Shown here one piece after another: positions 20,323-30,100 of a stretch of DNA of 64,000 nt; the first letter of the stretch is position 1; each line of letters starts with the position of its first letter. The position numbers and the translations under genes were made by a program. The notes beneath the pieces were generated by a model. That model was given only the letters and a program-made list of their open reading frames with translations. It was not told the DNA's origin and did no database searches. The DNA lies in the IMG/VR virus record IMGVR_UViG_3300033149_005152, positions 1 through 64,000 of that record; one strand, 5' to 3'. The stretch comes from a virus.

Positions 20323-20383
20323 AAAAATCACCTCTAAATTTTACTTTTCATAATGAAAAATATTGTTATTTTTTATTTTTTTA

Positions 20384-21295
20384 TTAAGTTGCGGCAGCCG
20401 TATCCGCTTCCATTTCCTTTAATGCTCTTTTTTCTTCCATAAACTGAGCCATATGTTCCGGCCTGGTGGGATTATCCTCTGCTATCTTTTTCAATTGTGC
20501 CAATTTAGCCTTTTGAGATTCCAACATAGTAGATTTATCCTCACGTGTTTCTGAAGCACCAGACCCACCCGTTCCTGCCGCCTTTTTAGCCCACTTCGGC
20601 ATATCTTCTCTTATCCCATCAGATACAGATTTCTCTTCACCCTTTTGATTAATATATATCCATTTTTCATTTTCATCATCATATTGTAAATTATCTACAA
20701 ATAATTTAGATACATTACTAATATCTACGGCACCAGCAGCTTCACATGCGGCAGACAATAATCTATCTCTTTCAGCAAGTAAAGATTTTGTCTCAGCATT
20801 TTGTCTCATTTCTTCCGCCATCTGTACTCTTTTTTCCAGCTGTCTTATTCTTTTTGCTTGTTCCTTTTTTTCTCTAGCAGCTTCTTCAGCCTCTATTTCC
20901 CCCAATAATTCCTCTATATCTTCATCATCATAATCTTCTTCATCATCATCGTAATCTTCATCGTCATAATCCTCGTCATCATCATAATCATAATCATAAT
21001 CTTCATCGTCATAATCCTCGTCATCGTAATCTTCATCGTCATAATCCTCGTCATCATAATCTTCGTCACCTAATTCTTCATCCAGAACATCAAAAAATTC
21101 TTTAGATGCTTTAATTATCTCAGCATCATCCTCTCTTTGACTTTGTAATTGTTTTATTAACTTGTCTTGTTCTTTTATAGTCGTTTCTAATTCATCTAGC
21201 TTTTTATTAAACTTTTTATCATCCCCAGCTTCTCCCCTCTCGTCAGCAAGAAATGAATTCTTATAATAATTAAAAATAATATCCCATAAAACCAT
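20384..21295 (-). CDS. Capsid scaffolding protein with acidic DEDYD repeats
   Basis: Coiled-coil, GTGGSG near the C-terminus, immediately upstream of the capsid gene. Confidence 0.75.
   Translation of the reverse strand: MVLWDIIFNYYKNSFLADERGEAGDDKKFNKKLDELETTIKEQDKLIKQLQSQREDDAEIIKASKEFFDVLDEELGDEDYDDEDYDDEDYDDEDYDDEDYDYDYDDDEDYDDEDYDDDEEDYDDEDIEELLGEIEAEEAAREKKEQAKRIRQLEKRVQMAEEMRQNAETKSLLAERDRLLSAACEAAGAVDISNVSKLFVDNLQYDDENEKWIYINQKGEEKSVSDGIREDMPKWAKKAAGTGGSGASETREDKSTMLESQKAKLAQLKKIAEDNPTRPEHMAQFMEEKRALKEMEADTAAAT
20918..21067. repeat. Degenerate 15-nt tandem repeat encoding (DEDYD)n
   Basis: Read directly. Confidence 0.9.
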
Positions 21296-21296
21296 G

Positions 21297-21485
21297 TTAA
21301 ATACTTATCCTCCTTAACTTTTTATCCTTTCTTTTAACATCTCTAGGATCATACTCATAAAAATATTTACAACCACACAAACTGCACAACGCAGGTTTTA
21401 TTGTGGCAGACCCCTTTTCCATATGCAAACAATTAATGCACCAATAATATCCCCTTTTATTTAAATAAATATCATAATTAAACAT
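21297..21485 (-). CDS. Zinc-ribbon protein
   Basis: CINC...CSLCGC. Confidence 0.6.
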   Translation of the reverse strand: MFNYDIYLNKRGYYWCINCLHMEKGSATIKPALCSLCGCKYFYEYDPRDVKRKDKKLRRISI

Positions 21486-21496
21486 AACAAATTACG

Positions 21497-22096
21497 TTAT
21501 CCTATATACACATTACCCATAGGAACACGTATCTTCTTTCCCCGTTCTTTAATTGTAATAAATCTTGGAAACTTAACCTTTCTCGAAACGGATTTTATAT
21601 ACCCAGCTCCAGGTAAATTTTTATAAACAGTACCTTCTCTCCTATATATATCTCCAGGATAAGAACTTTCTAACTTTTTAATGGCAACATCTATATTCTT
21701 AACTTTATGACCAGACATAACCACTTTCTTACCACGAATACGATTAAGAAATTTACGAAAAATGCTCTTATTCTTTTCTGATTTTAACTTTTTCAAATAA
21801 TTTTCTTTCAAAGATTGTTGCCTTTTCATGGATTTAGAGGCTATTAATTGTTTTCCCTTTTTAGAAGAAGAATGATATTTCACATTCTGATTAATAGTAC
21901 CTTTAATCCTACTTAATGCAGCAATAACCCTTTTAGTAGTCCTTAACACAGAACCGTCAGAAAAAATAATCATTCGTGATTTACCTGATTTTTCGACAGA
22001 AGCTATAATCTTACCACGATAGTTTAATCCTTTTAAATGTCTCGAGGCACTTGATTTAATTCGCTTTCTTCTATGTCTGACAAATGATCCTGCCAT
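21497..22096 (-). CDS. Extremely basic protein (possible internal DNA-binding virion protein)
   Basis: K/R-rich throughout; located in the head module. Confidence 0.55.
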   Translation of the reverse strand: MAGSFVRHRRKRIKSSASRHLKGLNYRGKIIASVEKSGKSRMIIFSDGSVLRTTKRVIAALSRIKGTINQNVKYHSSSKKGKQLIASKSMKRQQSLKENYLKKLKSEKNKSIFRKFLNRIRGKKVVMSGHKVKNIDVAIKKLESSYPGDIYRREGTVYKNLPGAGYIKSVSRKVKFPRFITIKERGKKIRVPMGNVYIG

Positions 22097-22557
22097 TCGT
22101 TTTGGCGTCCTTCCCTCCTCAACTTATCAAACAATTCTTTTACATAATAAGGTTTACCCCAGTTTGAAACGTATAATTTTTTAGCTATTTTCTTAACCTT
22201 ACCTTGTCGTCCACGCCCAAAAGATACAATATAAGTATTTTCGTCATGATCTCCCAAAACAACAGGATTTTGCTTTCGTGATTTATGATGAGGTTTCACC
22301 AAATGATACTCGTCCCCAACATCAAACTCATCACTATTTTCCATTTCTTCTTGAATCATCTCAAAGAGAATATCAAGTTCGGTATCCATCTCATGCACTT
22401 TCTGGAAAATACCCCTTAAAAGACGGGCAAATTTCTTTACCTGAAACGGAAACTTATTCAGGTCTTCTTTTTCAGGAACATCTACTTCCAAAACAGGAGA
22501 ATTTGTTCCTTCACTATCACCAATATCATTACTTTTAGTCTTTGTTACCTTGTTCAT
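22033..22557 (-). CDS. Hypothetical protein
   Basis: ORF with AGGAG SD after the portal gene. Confidence 0.6.
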   Translation of the reverse strand: MNKVTKTKSNDIGDSEGTNSPVLEVDVPEKEDLNKFPFQVKKFARLLRGIFQKVHEMDTELDILFEMIQEEMENSDEFDVGDEYHLVKPHHKSRKQNPVVLGDHDENTYIVSFGRGRQGKVKKIAKKLYVSNWGKPYYVKELFDKLRREGRQNEWQDHLSDIEESELNQVPRDI

Positions 22558-22575
22558 ACCTTAATCTCCTTATTA

Positions 22576-24204
22576 TTATGACATTGGAGGAAAAAATCCA
22601 GGTTTTTCTTCCTCATTTATTTCTATCTCAGCGTCAATAACATCAGAAATATCTTGCCTTACTTTTCCAAGCATTTTACGTGCAAGACGTTTTTCAAGTT
22701 CTCTTTTAAATAATTGTGACCTAATTTGTTGTTTAATTTCACTAGAAGCTTTTATATCTTCAGCTAAATTCATTATATCAAAATTATCGGGATAATTAAT
22801 ATATCCTTTCCACTTCCTTCCTATCCATTTTGACCATAATTGATGTATTTTTTCCTCTCCTTCCTCAAGAATATCTGCCTTCTCTGCCAATGTCCTGTTA
22901 GTTTCATTAAATTCACGAGCATAAGCTATACCAGATTGTGATTCCTTTAAAAAACTAATTCCACCACCAAGAACAGCCAATCTATAAATTACTTGCTCCA
23001 TCTTTGAAATCATTTCCAAAATAAACGATCCAGGTTCGCTTGACGGAGTCAAATAAGAAGGAGGCTGATCCCCAGTATATTCCAAAACATTATTTAATGA
23101 CAACTGAACAGTTTTAGCATTAGTTTGTGTCTGTTGCATAAGTAAAACAGAAATGCATTGCTTATAAATATCCTCGTCCACCAAAGACAACCAATTATAA
23201 ATAGCTACATTAATCTTTCCTATTGAAGAAATTGCCGAAATACCGTCCTCAGTGTCCCCCAAAGAATTTCTATTCAAAAATTTAACTAATGGTACTTCAT
23301 TTAATTTATGTGTTCCTCTCTGCACTTCAATTACACATGTACCTTTTTTCTCTTCAATCACAGTATGAACATACCATTCATTTCTAGTCCAAGTTCTGTA
23401 ACGTACTACTTTTTTACCGTGTCTTTCCTCAAATGCTTTAATATTTGAACTTGCCTCTTCTCTAATTCTAACCCATAAAAATTGACCGTCATCATCCAAT
23501 TCCCAATTCACCAAATTCAACGGAGGAATATGAACCAAATAAGGCTTTATACCAGCATCTATTCTTTCTTGTTCCGTCTCTATAGTTCTATCAACTTGGG
23601 GCATGTCCACAAGAACATAACTTTCCCCGTATATAAGATAAGAAACTCCAACCTTTTGCTTCATAAACTTATTTATCGAATCTCCACGTCCGTTACAATT
23701 CTCCCAAAAATCTTTTAATTCATCCGAAATTTCCTGACCAATTCTCATCTTTTTTTTGATCTCATTTGCTCTTTTAATTCTCTCAGCAACATCCGAATTA
23801 ATAATTTCATCCCCGTACATATGAGAATTCTGCTGAGGTACTGACTGTTGAGGAAGAGATTGTCCAACCTGATCAGACTCTATTTTATTTAACTCAGGTT
23901 CTACTTTCTCTAACCTAGCCTTATCTTCAAGCCTCACAATATTCTGCGAAAAAATATAATGCAAATACATATCTATTACGGTAGCACAATAATTAATCCA
24001 GGGTGCTCTCTTTCTTCTATTATCTACAGATAACTTTTCTTCCCGTATATGCCGATATATAAATCGTGTAATATCTCTTCCGTCATACCACGCTCTATAA
24101 TTCTTCCATGCTTGTTCCTGCTTGATATACTCGGGATGTTTTTGTTCTAATATTTTTTTTAAATGCAAATTATCACGAATATCCGTTAATCTCGATTTGA
24201 TCAT
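22576..24204 (-). CDS. Portal protein
   Basis: KHPEY, NYCATVID, YGESYVLVDMP, KPY...VNWELD, H.LNEVP, SGIA; position after terL. Confidence 0.88.
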   Translation of the reverse strand: MIKSRLTDIRDNLHLKKILEQKHPEYIKQEQAWKNYRAWYDGRDITRFIYRHIREEKLSVDNRRKRAPWINYCATVIDMYLHYIFSQNIVRLEDKARLEKVEPELNKIESDQVGQSLPQQSVPQQNSHMYGDEIINSDVAERIKRANEIKKKMRIGQEISDELKDFWENCNGRGDSINKFMKQKVGVSYLIYGESYVLVDMPQVDRTIETEQERIDAGIKPYLVHIPPLNLVNWELDDDGQFLWVRIREEASSNIKAFEERHGKKVVRYRTWTRNEWYVHTVIEEKKGTCVIEVQRGTHKLNEVPLVKFLNRNSLGDTEDGISAISSIGKINVAIYNWLSLVDEDIYKQCISVLLMQQTQTNAKTVQLSLNNVLEYTGDQPPSYLTPSSEPGSFILEMISKMEQVIYRLAVLGGGISFLKESQSGIAYAREFNETNRTLAEKADILEEGEEKIHQLWSKWIGRKWKGYINYPDNFDIMNLAEDIKASSEIKQQIRSQLFKRELEKRLARKMLGKVRQDISDVIDAEIEINEEEKPGFFPPMS

Positions 24205-24271
24205 TATTATTTAAAAGCACTTAACCCCCCTTTTTCTTTCAACTGCCTTCTGAAATTATCTATCTCGATAT

Positions 24272-24463
24272 TTAAAAAGCCCCCAATCTTCCCTCTCTTC
24301 TAATTCTATCTAATAATGGAGCTTTATTTCCCTCACAATAAAATTGAACCAACTTATCATCTCCTCCGTACTTAAAAAGATAATTCAAAATCTCATGGTA
24401 TATACCAATTGGATGATTTCTTAATAAATTTATCTTAATCATCTTATACTCCTTACTCTTCAT
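24272..24463 (-). CDS. Hypothetical protein
   Basis: Short ORF between terL and portal. Confidence 0.45.
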   Translation of the reverse strand: MKSKEYKMIKINLLRNHPIGIYHEILNYLFKYGGDDKLVQFYCEGNKAPLLDRIRREGRLGAF

Positions 24464-24616
24464 CTAAAGTCAGTGGTAAATCATTTAAAATATTCTCCAA
24501 TGCACTTATAGTTATATGTGCACCTGGCTCATGCTCTCGTAAATATCTTACATACCATTCAAAAACATCTATCGCATCACACCATTCTGCTTGTGTTGGT
24601 TTATCTTCCCACATTT

Positions 24617-26194
24617 TTATATCCCCCTAACACTATACGTTCTATACAAAATTCTTCTTCCTACCCTATCAGAAAAAATTGCATAACGTAAAGCATCTAC
24701 CGAATGGTCATTTTCATCCTTTATAAAATCTTCAAAATCTGGCCTGCCATCAGGCAATTTAGGATGCGAATAACCTTCTAATTCCTCTCTTAATTTTCCA
24801 TTATCTCCCGAATCAATGATAACTCTTAATCTAGGATTCCCTTTTGGAGTAAAAGTCAACAATTCTTTTAACGCATTCACTCCTTCATATCGGGCATTCT
24901 CACATGGGGTTATCAAAAGACCCTTATCTCTCATATCCACAATACTCTGTTTCGCTGACTTATCCCCGTAAATCATTTCTGGAACTCCCCAATATGGAGC
25001 CTTCTTAATCACCTCACTGTGTCCTGAAGTTGTTCTATCCCCCATAATTTGAGAATCCCAATAATACGACCAAAATACCCACCAATTACCAAGAGGATCA
25101 ATTGCACATTTTACATAAGCAAATGTTGAACCAAAATCTAATCCTGATACAAATCTCCAAGTTTTCGGCAACTCTTTTAATTGAGTTATACTTCTAAAAT
25201 CCTCCCAAGTAATAAAATGTTCATCCGTTAAATAATCCCCAAAAACTGTAAAACCACCACTTGGTCTCAAACATAACCACTCAGTAGTCCATGTATCCCA
25301 ATTCATTAAAGTAACTTTATCTATAAAATCTTGTATCTTATACCATCCGCCCCTACAATCATGGGCCTTACCCCCGCACACTAATCTTTCTTCCCTTTGT
25401 TTACCAAATTTCCTTGAATATACAGGACAATCACCATAAACAGGATCACCATGACACTTTCTATGACAAGTTTCTAAAGTTTCCCAAATACAATATTTAT
25501 AAACTTTTATTCCTAAAATTTCAGCTTCGTCTAGTAACCTTTGAACTACACCCCGTGAATGTTGCCGTGTACTCAAGTAAGTATTTTGACCCATAACATC
25601 CCTTTTAGAAATAGACATAGACATAGATGTTTGTAATAAATCCCATGTTAATAACTCAATCTCATCTATTCTTAATTTCTGAGGATGTGGTGATCTAAAT
25701 CCTTTCTCCGATCCCGTAACAACTTCAACAATGGAATTATTGGTTAATTCAGTTCTTTGTTGACTCTTTAACTGCTGCCCCTTTTCCATTTTAATATGAG
25801 GAGCAAATAATTTATCGTTATAAATATTAGTAAAATATCTATAACAACGTCCAGCCTGTGCTTTTGAAGCTCCGGCAGAGCATATTTCAATATCGTCTTT
25901 AAATTCCGCATCAAGATGGTTCAAAATAGCAACATTTAACGTCTTTCCACCAGTTCTATTCGCAAAAGAAAAAGCATTTCTAACCCTCTCAAAAAACATA
26001 TCCGAAATAAACTGAAAAGGAGCAATGTGTCCTTTCGCCACACAAGAAGGATGAACATATTTAGGAATATTCCACCCCAAAAAATATCTAATATAAAAGT
26101 CTAATTCCTCATCATTTTTTATACCTTCTCGTTTAAAATAACTTAATAATGCTTTTTTTTCTTTAAAAGATAATTCATTATTCCTCGTTTCCAT
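24617..26194 (-). CDS. terL: Terminase large subunit
   Basis: Walker A ANRTGGKT, Walker B LRIDEIE, nuclease GLDFG and DHSVDALRY. Confidence 0.93.
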   Translation of the reverse strand: METRNNELSFKEKKALLSYFKREGIKNDEELDFYIRYFLGWNIPKYVHPSCVAKGHIAPFQFISDMFFERVRNAFSFANRTGGKTLNVAILNHLDAEFKDDIEICSAGASKAQAGRCYRYFTNIYNDKLFAPHIKMEKGQQLKSQQRTELTNNSIVEVVTGSEKGFRSPHPQKLRIDEIELLTWDLLQTSMSMSISKRDVMGQNTYLSTRQHSRGVVQRLLDEAEILGIKVYKYCIWETLETCHRKCHGDPVYGDCPVYSRKFGKQREERLVCGGKAHDCRGGWYKIQDFIDKVTLMNWDTWTTEWLCLRPSGGFTVFGDYLTDEHFITWEDFRSITQLKELPKTWRFVSGLDFGSTFAYVKCAIDPLGNWWVFWSYYWDSQIMGDRTTSGHSEVIKKAPYWGVPEMIYGDKSAKQSIVDMRDKGLLITPCENARYEGVNALKELLTFTPKGNPRLRVIIDSGDNGKLREELEGYSHPKLPDGRPDFEDFIKDENDHSVDALRYAIFSDRVGRRILYRTYSVRGI

Positions 26195-26579
26195 TAACCT
26201 TATCCATTAATTATTTTTTGTTCTCTTCTTCCCTTGCCAACTTTAAAACATCGAAATATTTATATTTCCCCTTTTGGTCAGGAGAATATTTTTTTGCTAT
26301 CTCAGGATGCTCATCAAGATATAAAGCAACCGCACAGTGAGTCCTCACCCTATCCTCTAAAATGCAAGCAGATGCAACAAGCGTGGAAATTTCTAAACCA
26401 TATTTACTCCACCATTCTGTCTTTAATGGCCAGTGAAAATGCTTCCATCTCAAAATGTCAGTCTCACTAAAAGAGTTATAAATAACATTAGTCATTTTTT
26501 CTAAACGCTCTTTAAAAGTTGTCATAACAAACACCTTTCTCCTTCACATCAACTTTTTCCATTAACCTTATCCATTAAT
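26188..26579. repeat. 24-bp perfect direct repeat TTTCCATTAACCTTATCCATTAAT at 26188-26211 and 26556-26579
   Basis: Read directly; brackets the ORF between terS and terL. Confidence 0.95.
26211..26534 (-). CDS. Hypothetical protein inserted between terS and terL
   Basis: ORF between the direct repeats. Confidence 0.65.
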   Translation of the reverse strand: MFVMTTFKERLEKMTNVIYNSFSETDILRWKHFHWPLKTEWWSKYGLEISTLVASACILEDRVRTHCAVALYLDEHPEIAKKYSPDQKGKYKYFDVLKLAREEENKK

Positions 26580-27043
26580 CGTTTTGCATCATCATGATCC
26601 ATCATATAAGTCCAATCCGGATTTACATCATTCTTAATGGCATCTTTGTCAACTTTACTTGCTCTAATTTCCCACGCATCAATATTCTCAAACAATTTAC
26701 TATTAACTTTATATATTAAATCAATAGCTTTTAAAGCTAATTCGTCATCTTTAGTATTCAAAAGTTGTTGATGCCGCTTCATAGCTTTTAAAATTAAAAA
26801 GGAAAATCTTTTAATAACTCTTTCCCTTGACTCATCTAAAATACTTTTTTCCATTTCTAAATACTCTTTATCACTATTAACCATCTCGTGAATAGCTTGA
26901 TAACTATATCCCAATTTGTTTGCTATTTTTTGTTGCGTTTCCCCTTGACAACGTAGCCATACCACTTGTTGTTTTTGAGCTTTTGTAAGAATTTTCTTCC
27001 TTCTTTTATACTTATCAACTTTACTTTTCCTTTCCCTTAACAT
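26549..27043 (-). CDS. terS: Terminase small subunit (N-terminal HTH)
   Basis: GETQQKIANKLGYSYQAI HTH; upstream of terL. Confidence 0.7.
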   Translation of the reverse strand: MLRERKSKVDKYKRRKKILTKAQKQQVVWLRCQGETQQKIANKLGYSYQAIHEMVNSDKEYLEMEKSILDESRERVIKRFSFLILKAMKRHQQLLNTKDDELALKAIDLIYKVNSKLFENIDAWEIRASKVDKDAIKNDVNPDWTYMMDHDDAKRLMDKVNGKS

Positions 27044-27080
27044 CCTAAATAAAACCTCCCAAAATTATATCCTTATTTAT

Positions 27081-27108
27081 AGTTTACCACATTTTTTCAG
27101 GAAGTCAA
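27081..27108 (-). promoter_or_regulatory. Sigma70-like promoter for the packaging/head operon
   Basis: TTGACT-16bp-TAAACT with TG extension. Confidence 0.7.
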
Positions 27109-27184
27109 GAGGAGGAAACTACAGGTTTTTGTACATTCCCTACCAATATCTCCCTATAGATAAAAATATCTTCTGTTTATAAAC

Positions 27185-30100
27185 TTAAAAACATTCTTTA
27201 CTACCACAAAAATTACAATATGAACAACCATCTGAATCAATATACATCATATTACCACACTTACAAAAAACACCAGACAAAGCATCTTGTTCTATAGGTT
27301 CTTCTTTTTCCAATTGTGATATATCCTCCAAAATAACATCTGCAATGGCATCAGGACCAGAAGAATATATTTTACCATTACTAAAAGAAGTAGCTTTACC
27401 TCCTATACTATCTAATTGATCAACAACATCCCTAACATCAGTCCCATTTTTTAATGCCAATGTAATTAATCTACCAACAGCCTCAGACCACGCCGTAACA
27501 TCTGATCCTCCCTTACCAAAATTCAAAAACGTTTCTCTCAACCTACCACGTCCCTTTAAAATATCACAAATTATTCTCCTATCCTTCTCACATAATGAAT
27601 AATTTTTAGTAACATAAGCATTACCATGCGGACTTTTTACTTTAACTGTCTGACCATACATTATATCAAATCTAGTCTTAAAATCATCTGGTAATACGGA
27701 CTCCCATGCTTGAATTCTACGACTATCCTGTCTATAAACAGTAATCCCTTTCACTCCTTGATCATGAGAATCCATAAAAGCCCTGGATACATCTTCAACA
27801 GTAGCATCCTTAGACAAATTAATTGTTTTTGAGATACCAGAATCAATATATTTTTGAAATACTCCAACCATTTTTACGTGATCTTCGGGCTTAATTTCTG
27901 AAGATTTCACAAAATAAGACGGAAGCTCATATTTACCAGTTTTTTCTCTATAATTCTTTACAAGTGGGTGCAAAACTTTTAATTTATTGTCTATTATATT
28001 CTTAGAAAATTCCCATTCAAAATTAGGTTCAATACCACTTGAACATCCAGCAATTATACTACAACTCCCAGTGGGAGCCATACAAGATACAACGGCATTA
28101 TCCGATCTTCTATAATTATTACAACGCCGTTTAAAAAACTCCATAAATTTTTCAGCAAAATCTATAGACTCTCGAGAACCATATTTTAATCCTAATTTTA
28201 TTAACAAATCTCCCCACCCCATCAACCCCAGTCCAATCTTTCTTGTTTCTTTTGTCATCTTTTCGATCTCTGGAGTAGGAAAAGATGAAACGTCAATTAC
28301 ATTATTTAAAAATTGAATACCAAATTTTATTAATTTGTCAAATAAATCCCAATTTATTGAAGTCATACCTTCAGCCCATACGGGAATATCAACCAATTTA
28401 CTTACGTCTATACTACCAAGATTACAATTATGAACAATAAAACCGTTAGCAATAAAATGTTTAGACTTGGGAATTATAAGGTCATATACCTCACGAAGCC
28501 CAATCTTATTCACACTTTTTATCCTAACTAAATCTTGGATTTTATCATATCTATATTTTGGATTCCAATTAAATTTATTTAATTTATAAGAATTTAAAAA
28601 CCCAATTAAACGCATAAACCTAAAAGCATTTCCCTGAGTAACTGCCAACTTATATTGATTCCTTCTATTCAAACTTTCGTCAAATTTGCTTTCATAAATA
28701 GTAGAATGAATCCCGAATCTAATAAGCAAAATTTGAATATCAATCAAAAATTTCTTACTAGTACTAAATAAAAAAACTTGATTATTTTGTTTACCCGAAA
28801 TAGTACCATCTGCCGTAAATAACCCCTTTAAAAAGGAAATTTGAAAAACGGGATTTTCCATCCATATACATGTTGGTAATCTTCTTTCATATGCCTTTCC
28901 TAATTTAACTCCCAATTTCAATAATTTATCTCGTGCATCTTTTTTACCAGTTTGTAACTGATAATTATTAGGAGTATTATACATAGGGACTATATCATAA
29001 CATTCAAAATAATCCAAAAAAACTGGTAATAATCTATCTTTTACTTCAAAATCACCATCTTTTTCATTAAATGATATGCCAACTATTTTCTCAGTAAACC
29101 AACCGTCCCCATGTATCCAACCCAACATTTCGGCAACCAGATTATTTTCTTTTTCCGGAATAACATAAGAATTTAATGGAATACGAAGCAATTGTTCCTT
29201 ATTAAATTCTGTAACAGGAAGCCAATTTCCATCTTTATCTAAAAATAAATGATCTGAAGTTGTTTTTATTTTATATCCCTCAAAAGTCTCTATTTCATAA
29301 ACCACTTTTTTACCACGTTTTAGACTTTTATAAACTGTTTCATAAAAGGGCATTCCCTCCAATTCAACAGCAACCATATCCCCCTTCTTAACATTCTTTA
29401 TGGCTTTCCAGCCGTCTTCACATAAAATTAAACTATCCTCATCCAAACATGATTCGTTAGGATAAAGAGGAAGCTCAGAACAAGGATTAGTTGCAGTTAT
29501 TAGACCATATTCTTTTAAAAGAGGATTATTTTTATTAATATTATCTAAATAAATTAAGCCAGGTTCGCCATTTAACCAAGCATTTTCACAAATTTTATCC
29601 CATATTTTCTTCACAGGAACTTCTGCAAATCCTCCTCCACCCCATCCATCAAAAAAATCATAACTATCATGAGAAAAAAGTAAATTATTAGTTTTTAAAG
29701 CCTGAAAAAACCATTCATCAACAGCGACAGATATATTTAAATTAGATAAACTATTTTCATTCCTCTTACAATCAATAAATTCCAAAATATCAGGATGCCT
29801 ATAATTTAAAATAGCTATCATCGCTGCACGTCTTAATCCACCTTGTTTTATTTGTTCAGAAAATACATCAAACATATTCATAAAACTCACAGGGCCAGAT
29901 GAAAACCCCATTGTGCTTTTAATTCTTGATCCTTTCGGTCTTAATGGGCTAAAATCTATTCCTACTCCACCACCAACTTTAAATATTTTAGCCGTATCGC
30001 ACAGAGTTTTTAAAATACTTTCTAAAGAATCTTCTATACCTAAAACAAAACAAGCAGATAAATTATTTAGAGGTAATCCTGCATTCATGAGACAGGGAGA

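Noticed and set aside
20918-21067. Tandem repeats here and at 47469-47592 as possible CRISPR arrays
   Set aside because: No unique spacers; the units are in-frame coding repeats
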